From Patescibacteria group bacterium (lineage in GTDB: Bacteria > Patescibacteriota > Microgenomatia > UBA1400 > PJMF01): 64,000 nucleotides of DNA. This document shows, in pieces, positions 37,313-45,299 of this stretch (its first letter is position 1; each line of letters starts with the position of its first letter). Position numbers and translations under genes: made by a program. Below the pieces are notes generated by a model. The model saw nothing but the letters and a program-made list of their open reading frames with translations. It did no database searches and was not told the DNA's origin. The stretch spans positions 69,724 to 133,723 of the forward strand of contig JAHDXH010000002.1 in the NCBI GenBank assembly GCA_023382875.1, written 5' to 3'.

Positions 37313-38599
37313 ATGTCAGTCAAACCATCCCATATTTTGGGACACAATGCCAGAAATACCTATACAAAGCTCAATACTTTTGCAGCTAAAAAATACGGTT
37401 TTTCTAAATTAAGAACCAAAGAATTACTTCGCGAGCACAACATTCCCACTGCTAGTGTCTATCATATTTTTGAATCAATTAACGATGTCCAAGAAGTTAA
37501 CTGGAACAACTTTCCATTACCTTTCGTCGTTAAACCAGCTTCGGGTAGTGCGGGCAAAGGCATTGTTTTGTTAATCAAAAAAACTGCAGATGGTAAAAGT
37601 TGGATTGATAATGAAGGTCATGAGTGGAGTAGAGAAGATTTAAACCTTCATGTATCTAACATTCTTGATGGGGAGTTCAGTACTTGGGGTGAGAATCACA
37701 AAGCAATTGTGGAGGAAATGATTACACCTCATCCTGCCTTAGCTAAGTATGCTTATAGAGGTACTCCAGATATTAGAGTGGTGGTTTTCAATAGTGTGCC
37801 TGTGATGGCAATGACCAGAATCCCTACTAAAATGTCTCAAGGCAAGGCTAATTTGGATTTGGGTGCGATTGGATTGGGTATCGATATGGCCACAGGTGTA
37901 ACGACTTATGGGGTTAGTGGGAAAGCAGAAAAAATTACTCACTTTCCCAATTCCAAGAAAAAAGTTAACGGTATTCTAATTCCAATGTGGAGCAGAGTTT
38001 TGGAAGTAGCAGTTCAAGCTGCTAACGCTGCTGGCTATACCTTCATGGGAGCTGATCTTTTTATCCATCAAGAAAAGGGTCCAATGATTGTGGAGCTTAA
38101 CGGTTTTCCTGGTCTATCAATTCAGTTGGCCAATCGAGCTGGACTTAAAAAAAGATTGGATAGAGTAGAAGGTATTGAAGTTCGAGACGCCAAGCATGGT
38201 GTGAAAATTGCCCAAGCTTTATTTGCAGAAAATTTTGCTGACAAAATTAAAATTGAAGAGGGGCTCAAAATTATTTCTACCAATCCCACTGTTTCAGTTC
38301 ATGGTGATGACAAGAAATGGTATTCGGCCGAAGGCAGAGTCAACACTGGTCGTTATCGTTCGGCTATTTCAGAGGATTTGGCTGACCAGTTGGGCCTAGT
38401 CGATATCGAGGACTTACTATGGAGACAGCAAGAAGGTTTGGAGGGTAAGTTGCCAGTTGTTGAAGTACAATTCAGTCTCAAGGGTGTTAAACATAACACG
38501 GCTATGGTGGTGACTAAATCGCTTAATAAAACCAAGTATCAGGTGGAGCTGGGACGAAGAGATCTCCAGGGTTATTTGATTGGTGAAATTGAAAGTTAG
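37313..38599 (+). CDS. ATP-grasp enzyme, alpha-L-glutamate ligase-related (RimK-like) with ~130 aa C-terminal extension
   Basis: PFVVKPASGSAGKGIVLLIKK and an ATP-grasp core (MIVELNGFPGLS). 428 aa. Confidence 0.7.
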   Translation: MSVKPSHILGHNARNTYTKLNTFAAKKYGFSKLRTKELLREHNIPTASVYHIFESINDVQEVNWNNFPLPFVVKPASGSAGKGIVLLIKKTADGKSWIDNEGHEWSREDLNLHVSNILDGEFSTWGENHKAIVEEMITPHPALAKYAYRGTPDIRVVVFNSVPVMAMTRIPTKMSQGKANLDLGAIGLGIDMATGVTTYGVSGKAEKITHFPNSKKKVNGILIPMWSRVLEVAVQAANAAGYTFMGADLFIHQEKGPMIVELNGFPGLSIQLANRAGLKKRLDRVEGIEVRDAKHGVKIAQALFAENFADKIKIEEGLKIISTNPTVSVHGDDKKWYSAEGRVNTGRYRSAISEDLADQLGLVDIEDLLWRQQEGLEGKLPVVEVQFSLKGVKHNTAMVVTKSLNKTKYQVELGRRDLQGYLIGEIES

Positions 38600-38610
38600 A
38601 ACTATTTTCT

Positions 38611-39576
38611 ATGTTAACTTTGGCCAAATTAGTTCCAATCAACTTGGAATCGGAAAAACAAAGATTTTTTGCCGAAAATGGTAACTATAATCCTCAGTTT
38701 GAGTATGAAGAGAATTTTCATTCTGACGAGCTCTTGGTTCATGGTTTGCCCGAAAAGGACTTGTCAGCTTTAGCCGACAAGATTGTTCATGAAGATGTGG
38801 CTGTACAATTAGCAGCAGATGCTAAAGAAAAAGTTGACGGACTTTTATCTCAGGAAGCGGTGACTAAAAAGGTGGAAGCCTTTTTGCAATTACACGACTT
38901 AGCAGAGCGGTATTCCATTACGTGGTCGAGCAGTTTTGTTGCGAGAACTTCAATTACGGCTACAAATATTAAGCTAAGAATTCCGGCTGCCTTTAGAAGC
39001 CAAGAAGATTTGTTAGGTATGCTTTATCATGAGGTAGGCACTCATGCTTTGCGCCGAGTTAATTATGAAAAACAACCTTGGTTCAAAAAGAAAAAACAAT
39101 TTGGTTTTGGCAGTTATTTGAGAACTGAAGAAGGTTTGGCCAGCTTGCATTCACTTTTGCCCTTAAAAAATAAATCAGCTTATGGTTCAGCGCTGAGGTA
39201 TTTGGCGGTCGCTCATGCTCAAAAAGAAGGGTTTGCTGACACTTATAAATTTGTTAGTCAGTACGTTGATGATCCAGAGCGACGTTGGGCTATTACCTTC
39301 AAGCAAAAAAGAGGGTTGACCGATACTAGTTTGCCCGGTGGTTATACCAAAGATTTGGTCTATTTTGCAGGCTTAGTGGAAGTGTGGCGTTATTTAAACG
39401 AGCGCAACTTTGAAGTCGATGGTCTCTATTTTGGTAAGTTGGCCAAAGAAGACGTGGAAAAAGCTAAGGAAATAAATCCCGCTTTTGAACCATTGTTGCC
39501 AAGTTTTTATGTTGCTGATAAAGATAATTATCGCCTAAAAATGCAAGAAATTGGTCAAATTAACCATTTGTTTTAG
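38611..39576 (+). CDS. DUF1704 / QEGLA-motif protein (zincin-like putative metallopeptidase; flavohemoglobin expression-modulating family)
   Basis: MLYHEVGTHALRRVN is an HExxH-type motif, and TEEGLASLHS is the QEGLA-motif equivalent. Confidence 0.6.
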   Translation: MLTLAKLVPINLESEKQRFFAENGNYNPQFEYEENFHSDELLVHGLPEKDLSALADKIVHEDVAVQLAADAKEKVDGLLSQEAVTKKVEAFLQLHDLAERYSITWSSSFVARTSITATNIKLRIPAAFRSQEDLLGMLYHEVGTHALRRVNYEKQPWFKKKKQFGFGSYLRTEEGLASLHSLLPLKNKSAYGSALRYLAVAHAQKEGFADTYKFVSQYVDDPERRWAITFKQKRGLTDTSLPGGYTKDLVYFAGLVEVWRYLNERNFEVDGLYFGKLAKEDVEKAKEINPAFEPLLPSFYVADKDNYRLKMQEIGQINHLF

Positions 39577-40420
39577 TTAAAAACTTCATGATTTCTTGAA
39601 CCACATCGATATTGGTGCAGGCTTCAAAGCCTTTATATTGCGGGCTGCGATTAACTTCCATCACTGACCACTGTTGACTCTTTTGGTCAAAAATTAAATC
39701 GACACCAGCAATATCGTAACCAACAGCTTTGGCAGCTAAAACAGCTAATTTTGATAGTTCATCATTGAGTGGATATTCCTCAGCACTACCACCCAAGGAA
39801 ACATTATTGCGGAATTCTTCTGGATCGTTGCTGCTTCTTTTTATGGCTGCCAATGGTTTTGAGCCAATGACAATCACTCTTAGATCGCCATCATTGGGTA
39901 GGAAGGGTTCAAAAACTAAAACTTCATCGTTGTATTCTTCGACGACTTTTTGCGCTTCTTCTTTAGTTTTACACAAGAAAACACCTTTGCCTTGGTTGAG
40001 TGCGCCTCTTTTGATAATAAGGGGATATGAAGTGTTGGTACTTCGCCCAGTCTCACCAACTGCCACCACTGATGGGACGATGGGTAAGCCATGTCGACTC
40101 AGTTCAAAAAGCTCATAGCTTTTGCTGTCAATCCAACTTAAACCGTTTTCTAGAACTTGGTCGAAAACAGCAATTTGGTGGAGTTTGGCATACTTGGCAA
40201 TTAAAGTAGCTATCTCTTCTCGACCACTTAAGGTTCTCAAATAAATGGCGTCAAAATTGGTCAAATCCTGACCCTTAACTTGAATTGTTATTTCTTTATT
40301 CAAGTTAACAACTACTTCTTTGTAGTTGGCCAAAGTAACGTGATGACCCATTTTTTCGCCTTCAGTTTGGTAGCGAGTGGTAGTAGGTCGATTAAATTTT
40401 TCCAGAATCAATATTTGCAT
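39560..40420 (-). CDS. rimK: RimK-family ATP-grasp ligase (ribosomal protein S6 glutamate ligase-like)
   Basis: LIIKRGALNQGKGVFL, DLRVIVIG, GVDLIFDQKSQQWSVMEVNRSP. Start chosen at MQILILEKF; the ORF track extends to 40459. Convergent with the DUF1704 gene and overlaps it by 17 nt. Confidence 0.8.
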   Translation of the reverse strand: MQILILEKFNRPTTTRYQTEGEKMGHHVTLANYKEVVVNLNKEITIQVKGQDLTNFDAIYLRTLSGREEIATLIAKYAKLHQIAVFDQVLENGLSWIDSKSYELFELSRHGLPIVPSVVAVGETGRSTNTSYPLIIKRGALNQGKGVFLCKTKEEAQKVVEEYNDEVLVFEPFLPNDGDLRVIVIGSKPLAAIKRSSNDPEEFRNNVSLGGSAEEYPLNDELSKLAVLAAKAVGYDIAGVDLIFDQKSQQWSVMEVNRSPQYKGFEACTNIDVVQEIMKFLTKTNG

Positions 40421-40462
40421 GCGCGTATTATATCGAAAATTTCGTTTATATAGTGACAATCT

Positions 40463-40471
40463 TGGTATAAT
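40463..40471 (+). promoter_or_regulatory. extended -10 promoter TGGTATAAT upstream of mnmA (likely leaderless, ATG 7 nt downstream)
   Basis: Same nonamer as upstream of tRNA-Leu and tRNA-Gly. Confidence 0.45.
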
Positions 40472-40477
40472 ACCCCT

Positions 40478-41575
40478 ATGGAAAGAAAAAAAGTCGCCTT
40501 GGGAATGTCAGGCGGAGTTGATTCATCACTTTGTGCCCACCTGCTTAGAGAGCAGGGTTTTGAGGTGACTGGCGTTTATTTAGAGTGTTGGCGAGCTCCG
40601 GGTTGTCGAAGTGAGGAGGATCGCAAAGATGCGCTCCAAGTGGCTTTGTCATTAAATTTGCCGTTCAAAGTTTTAGATTTCAAACAAGCCTATCGGGACC
40701 GTGTGGTTGAATATTTTTTTAATGAATATGAAGCTGGCCGTACTCCAAATCCAGATGTCATGTGCAACAAAGAAATTAAGTTTGGCTTGTTTTATGACTG
40801 GGCAATGGAAAATGGTTTTGACTATGTGGCAACTGGTCACTATGCAAAGTCAGAAGCAGGACTTTTAAAAATTCCTAAGGATCAGCACAAAGATCAAACA
40901 TATTTTTTGTGCCAATTAACCAAAGATCAAGTCGAACATACGCTTTTCCCGTTGGCTAATATCTTGAAAGATGACGTGAGAAAAGAAGCTAAACTAAGGA
41001 ACCTTCATGTTAGTGATAAAAAAGATTCTGTAGGAATTTGTTTTATTGGCGACATTAATGTTCACGAGTTTTTGCATGAAAGATTGGGTGAAAATCCAGG
41101 AGAGGTTATTAATACCAAGGGTGAAGTGATTGGCCGACACGAGGGTTTGTGGTTTTACACCATTGGTCAACGTCATGGTTTTGAAATTGATAAGAAAACT
41201 GTGGTTAAACTTGATAACGGTGAGACCATTATTAAACAAAATATTCCACCTTTTTATGTGATCAAAAAGTTGCCAGCTACCAATCAGTTGGTTGTGGGTT
41301 TTGGCGCTGAAACTTATGCCGATGAGTTGAGAGTGACTCAGTTACATTGGATTGATGATAATATGGCAGAATCAATTTTAGAAAAAAATTTAATGGTCAG
41401 AATTAGACATACGGGCAAGCTGATTGATTGTAGTTTGGTTAGAAACGAAGATGATACTTGGTTGGCCAAACTATCAGAGCCAACCAAGGGAATTGCTGAA
41501 GGTCAGGCTGCAGTTTTTTATCATCAAGGTGATGATGGAGTTGTTTGCTTGGGTGGTGGAATTATCTCCTCATAG
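40478..41575 (+). CDS. mnmA: tRNA-specific 2-thiouridylase MnmA
   Basis: PP-loop LGMSGGVDSS, catalytic Cys contexts (VMCNKEIKFG; GICFIGD). Confidence 0.9.
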   Translation: MERKKVALGMSGGVDSSLCAHLLREQGFEVTGVYLECWRAPGCRSEEDRKDALQVALSLNLPFKVLDFKQAYRDRVVEYFFNEYEAGRTPNPDVMCNKEIKFGLFYDWAMENGFDYVATGHYAKSEAGLLKIPKDQHKDQTYFLCQLTKDQVEHTLFPLANILKDDVRKEAKLRNLHVSDKKDSVGICFIGDINVHEFLHERLGENPGEVINTKGEVIGRHEGLWFYTIGQRHGFEIDKKTVVKLDNGETIIKQNIPPFYVIKKLPATNQLVVGFGAETYADELRVTQLHWIDDNMAESILEKNLMVRIRHTGKLIDCSLVRNEDDTWLAKLSEPTKGIAEGQAAVFYHQGDDGVVCLGGGIISS

Positions 41576-42648
41576 TTTATAATGACTTTGTGTCATTAAA
41601 ACTTTTTTTAAAAGCACAATTATTCGTTCTATTTTTTCTAAGCATTTTCTTTGGTTTGACTGCTCTTGGTTTGGGTGCGATTGCTTATGGTAAATTCCGC
41701 CAGTTTTCTGCTGCTTCTGGACTCTCTTTGACTCAAGTTAAAGACATTGTAAAGCAGGGTTGGAATCAAACTCCTACATCCACCAATGGTCGCGTTAGCT
41801 TTTTGATTTTGGGCTTGGATAGTTTGAAAACTAGGGGAGATGTGCCACCCCTTACAGACACCATGATGATGGTTAGTCTTAATCTTGCTAATGGCCAAAT
41901 TAACACTTTATCTTTCCCCAGAGATCTTTGGCATGAAGGTTATCAAACCAGAATTAATGCCTTATATTTCTATGGTCAAGAGCGATATCCCGATCATCCA
42001 GAGCAATTCTCTAAAGAAGTTTTGTCAGAAATGACTGGTGTGCCTATTCATTACACGGTCGTGCTTTCGTTTGAGCAAGTTAGTCAACTCATTGACTTAC
42101 TGGGTGGGGTAGAGATTGATGTGCCGACAGCCTTTATGGATGAGAGCTTTCCTCGCACAGATGTGGATGTGACCGTTGTGAAAGATCCTAAACTTCTTTA
42201 TAAAACTGTATCCTTTGCTCAAGGAAAGCAAGTTATGTCAGGTGAAAAAGCTTTAGAGTATATGCGCTCTCGTAAAAGCGGTGACGATGAAGGAACTGAC
42301 GTGGCCAGAGGAGCAAGGCAGCAGTTAGTTTTGGATTCAGTGTTGGCCAAATTAAAACAAAAGAACACTTTGACTAATCCACAGTTATTAGGCAATATTT
42401 ATAAATATTACGAACAAAATTTCTCAAGTGTTGTAGGTCCAAGTGAGGTAGTATCTTTGGTTAAGGCACTTTATCCGGTAAGAAATCAAATAGTGACCAC
42501 CAATCATAATGTTAGTATTTACCCTGATGACGAAGCGGGGGTGATTTTTCACCCTGAGCCTAGAAAATATAAAGGTGAGTGGATTTATGTGATTAAGGAA
42601 GCTCAGTTGTTTATGTCGTTTGTTCAAGATAAATTGGGTATTAAATAA
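41545..42648 (+). CDS. LytR-CpsA-Psr (LCP) family cell-wall glycopolymer transferase
   Basis: N-terminal TM, then VSFLILGLDSLKTRGDVPPLTDTMMMVSLN...NTLSFPRDLW. The ATG start overlaps mnmA by 31 nt, and a GTG at about 41590 is an alternative. Confidence 0.75.
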   Translation: MLGWWNYLLIVYNDFVSLKLFLKAQLFVLFFLSIFFGLTALGLGAIAYGKFRQFSAASGLSLTQVKDIVKQGWNQTPTSTNGRVSFLILGLDSLKTRGDVPPLTDTMMMVSLNLANGQINTLSFPRDLWHEGYQTRINALYFYGQERYPDHPEQFSKEVLSEMTGVPIHYTVVLSFEQVSQLIDLLGGVEIDVPTAFMDESFPRTDVDVTVVKDPKLLYKTVSFAQGKQVMSGEKALEYMRSRKSGDDEGTDVARGARQQLVLDSVLAKLKQKNTLTNPQLLGNIYKYYEQNFSSVVGPSEVVSLVKALYPVRNQIVTTNHNVSIYPDDEAGVIFHPEPRKYKGEWIYVIKEAQLFMSFVQDKLGIK

Positions 42649-42848
42649 TGAAAAAGTATTTAAGTGAAAAGAATTTAATTCGAAGTTTGTTAGTCTTGAT
42701 CGTGTTGTTGGCATTGGGGGCTGGTTATTATCACGCCAAGTATGAAGCAGAAAAACTCAAATACTTGAGATTAGAAGATAAATTCGTTAGAGTAAGGGGA
42801 CAGTTGGGTCGTGAGGAGACACAAAGACTTATCGACGACTCTTATTAG
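42648..42848 (+). CDS. small hypothetical protein with N-terminal TM helix and coiled-coil tail
   Basis: 66 aa. Coupled to the LCP stop and followed by rfbB. Confidence 0.35.
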   Translation: MKKYLSEKNLIRSLLVLIVLLALGAGYYHAKYEAEKLKYLRLEDKFVRVRGQLGREETQRLIDDSY

Positions 42849-42856
42849 AAATAAAT

Positions 42857-43879
42857 ATGACAAAACAAACACTTTTAGTTACAGGCGGAGCAGGTTTTAT
42901 TGGTTCAAACTTCGTTCACTATTGGATGAAGAAAAATCCTCAAGATACCATTATCAACTTAGATGCTTTGACTTACGCTGGTAATAGGGAGTCACTTGCT
43001 GACCTCGAAGGTCAACAAAATCATGTGTTTGTGGAGGGTAATATTATTGACCGCGAGTTGGTTAATAAAATTATGGCTGATGTTGATACGGTGGTCCATT
43101 TTGCCGCTGAATCACATGTCGATCGTTCGATTCTAAATCCAGACATTTTCTTGGAAACCAATGTGATGGGTACTCAAGTTTTACTTGATGCAGCCTTGAA
43201 AAACAAGGTCAAACGCTTCCATCATATCTCTACTGATGAGGTTTTTGGTTCTTTAGAACTTGGTAGTAGTGAAAAATTCAATGAGCACACTCCCTATGAT
43301 CCAAGAAGTCCATATTCAGCCGCCAAGGCTGGATCTGACCATTTGGTCAGGGCTTATGGTGAAACTTATGGATTGCCTTTTACTTTGACTAACTGTTCTA
43401 ATAACTATGGTGAATACCACTTCCCAGAAAAGCTTTTCCCTTTGGCTATTACTAATTTGATCGATGGTTTGAAAGTGCCAGTGTATGGTGATGGTTTGAA
43501 TGTTCGCGATTGGTTGTATGTTCAAGATCACTGTTCGGCAATTGATAGAGTTTTGACTGATGGCAAGGACGGTGAGACATACTTGATTGGTGGTTTGACC
43601 AAAGATATTTCCAATTTGGAAGTTGTTAAAATGATTTTGAGCTTGATGAATAAATCCGAAGCAGAAATTGAATTCATCGCTGATCGAAAGGGTCATGACC
43701 GTCGTTATTCAGTTGATTGGACTAAGATTAATCGTGAGCTGGGTTGGGAGCCAAGCGTAGATTTGGAAGAAGGTTTGCGAAGAACTATCGCTTGGTATGA
43801 AAATAATCAAGCTTGGTGGAGACCACTTAAAGAACAAGCAAAAGACTTTTTCAAAGCTAACTATAAAAAAGAAAACTAA
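42857..43879 (+). CDS. rfbB: dTDP-glucose 4,6-dehydratase
   Basis: LVTGGAGFIGSNFVHY Rossmann motif, YSAAKAGSD catalytic YxxxK, HISTDEVFG. Confidence 0.9.
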   Translation: MTKQTLLVTGGAGFIGSNFVHYWMKKNPQDTIINLDALTYAGNRESLADLEGQQNHVFVEGNIIDRELVNKIMADVDTVVHFAAESHVDRSILNPDIFLETNVMGTQVLLDAALKNKVKRFHHISTDEVFGSLELGSSEKFNEHTPYDPRSPYSAAKAGSDHLVRAYGETYGLPFTLTNCSNNYGEYHFPEKLFPLAITNLIDGLKVPVYGDGLNVRDWLYVQDHCSAIDRVLTDGKDGETYLIGGLTKDISNLEVVKMILSLMNKSEAEIEFIADRKGHDRRYSVDWTKINRELGWEPSVDLEEGLRRTIAWYENNQAWWRPLKEQAKDFFKANYKKEN

Positions 43880-43882
43880 GAT

Positions 43883-44767
43883 ATGAACGAAGGTGTCGTT
43901 GGTTCAGTAATTACGACTGGTCTGAGCGGACTAGTTGGTTCGAAGTTTGAACAGTTATTTTCTGACAAATATAGTTTTGATCGCATGGATGCATCTTCCA
44001 AAGAGAATCCGATCGATATTACTAACTTTTCCCAAGTCATGGAAGTTTTCCAAAAGTCTTCTGCCAAGAGTGTCGTTCACTTGGCCGCCTATACTAATGT
44101 AACGGGCGCTTGGGAACAGACTGATGATAAAACTGGTCCTGCTTATTTAGTTAATGTTGAAGGCACTAAAAATATTGTTAGGGCTTGTGAAGAAACGGGC
44201 AAGCATCTAATTCACGTTTCGACTGCCTATGTTTTTAATGGTGAAAATGATGGTTTATATCTAGAAACTGATTCAATGTCACCAATTGAGTGGTATGGTC
44301 AAACTAAGGCATGGGCTGAAGAAGTTGTTTCTAGTTCCAAAACTCCTTGGACTATTTTTAGAATAGATCAGCCTTTTCGCTCCGATTCATTTCCCAAAGT
44401 TGATGTGGTGCACAAGATTATTAATGGCTTGAATGAGGGTACTCTTTATCCGCAATTTACTGACCATTTCTTTGGCCCGACTTTTATTGATGACTTCGCT
44501 AAAGTCATTGATTGGTCTATCAGAACTCAAACTACTGGCTTGTTTCATGCTAGCTCTGGTGAAAAATGGTCTGACTTTGACTTTTCAACATTGATTAAAG
44601 AAACTCATGGCTTGAATGGTGAAGTTAAGGCGGGCATGCTTAGCGATTATCTCAAAACCTTAGTAAGACCTTATCAGCGCAATACGGCTTTGAACAGTGA
44701 AAAACTCCGTAGCGCATTAGATTTTTCTTTGCTGCCAATCAGTGAGGCAATAAAATTGGTTAAATAG
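43883..44767 (+). CDS. rfbD: dTDP-4-dehydrorhamnose reductase-like NAD(P)-dependent sugar epimerase/reductase
   Basis: N-terminal Rossmann fold (ITTGLSGLVGSKF), YGQTKAWAE YxxxK, SDS-reductase architecture, and adjacency to rfbB. Confidence 0.65.
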   Translation: MNEGVVGSVITTGLSGLVGSKFEQLFSDKYSFDRMDASSKENPIDITNFSQVMEVFQKSSAKSVVHLAAYTNVTGAWEQTDDKTGPAYLVNVEGTKNIVRACEETGKHLIHVSTAYVFNGENDGLYLETDSMSPIEWYGQTKAWAEEVVSSSKTPWTIFRIDQPFRSDSFPKVDVVHKIINGLNEGTLYPQFTDHFFGPTFIDDFAKVIDWSIRTQTTGLFHASSGEKWSDFDFSTLIKETHGLNGEVKAGMLSDYLKTLVRPYQRNTALNSEKLRSALDFSLLPISEAIKLVK

Positions 44768-44770
44768 CAA

Positions 44771-44798
44771 TTCGCCGCCCTTTGGGAGCGGCGGCGAA
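44771..44798. terminator. GC-rich hairpin (9-bp stem TTCGCCGCC/GGCGGCGAA) between convergent genes; probable bidirectional terminator
   Basis: Perfect inverted repeat at 44771-44779 and 44790-44798 with a 10-nt loop. The minus-strand side is followed by a T-rich tract. Confidence 0.5.
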
Positions 44799-44817
44799 AA
44801 GTGTAATGATGTTGCTA

Positions 44818-45207
44818 TCAGTGAATTGGTTCTTCGTAGAACAAATGAAAGATAGTGTGTGGTTTACCGCGATACCAGAACGTGATTTTTTGTGGTTTCC
44901 CCTCAATATCAAGGATTCCTAAATCAGGTTCCAGCGTCATTGGTAAATCGCTGTTTTGTGACCACTGCCATTTATAGTGTTCGCTGATGTTTCGTACATC
45001 AAAAGCAAGCTTGCCTTTGACTGAAACCTCGACATGCCCCAGCAGTGGCATTGTGGGTGGCATATCGTACTCTCCGACAAAGTAGCACTCAGGAAAATGC
45101 CGAAGCATGTCGCTGGGGTCTACGCATAGGAGTTGGTCTCTCATATCGCCTCTGCAGGCAATAACGGGAGCCAAAGCTATCCAATCCGTACCAAAGAGAG
45201 GGATCAA
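44818..45207 (-). CDS. hypothetical protein (no recognisable motifs), locally higher GC (~47%)
   Basis: 129-aa ORF with His/Cys/Trp-rich composition. It precedes the hairpin terminator and is divergent from elp3. Confidence 0.4.
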   Translation of the reverse strand: MIPLFGTDWIALAPVIACRGDMRDQLLCVDPSDMLRHFPECYFVGEYDMPPTMPLLGHVEVSVKGKLAFDVRNISEHYKWQWSQNSDLPMTLEPDLGILDIEGKPQKITFWYRGKPHTIFHLFYEEPIH

Positions 45208-45299
45208 GCTCTAACCTTTCTTGTGTGGCTTACGCCCGAATTGAGAAAATGCTCGTATATTATAACATTTTTGTCCCATAATTTGGTAGAATAGCGCCC

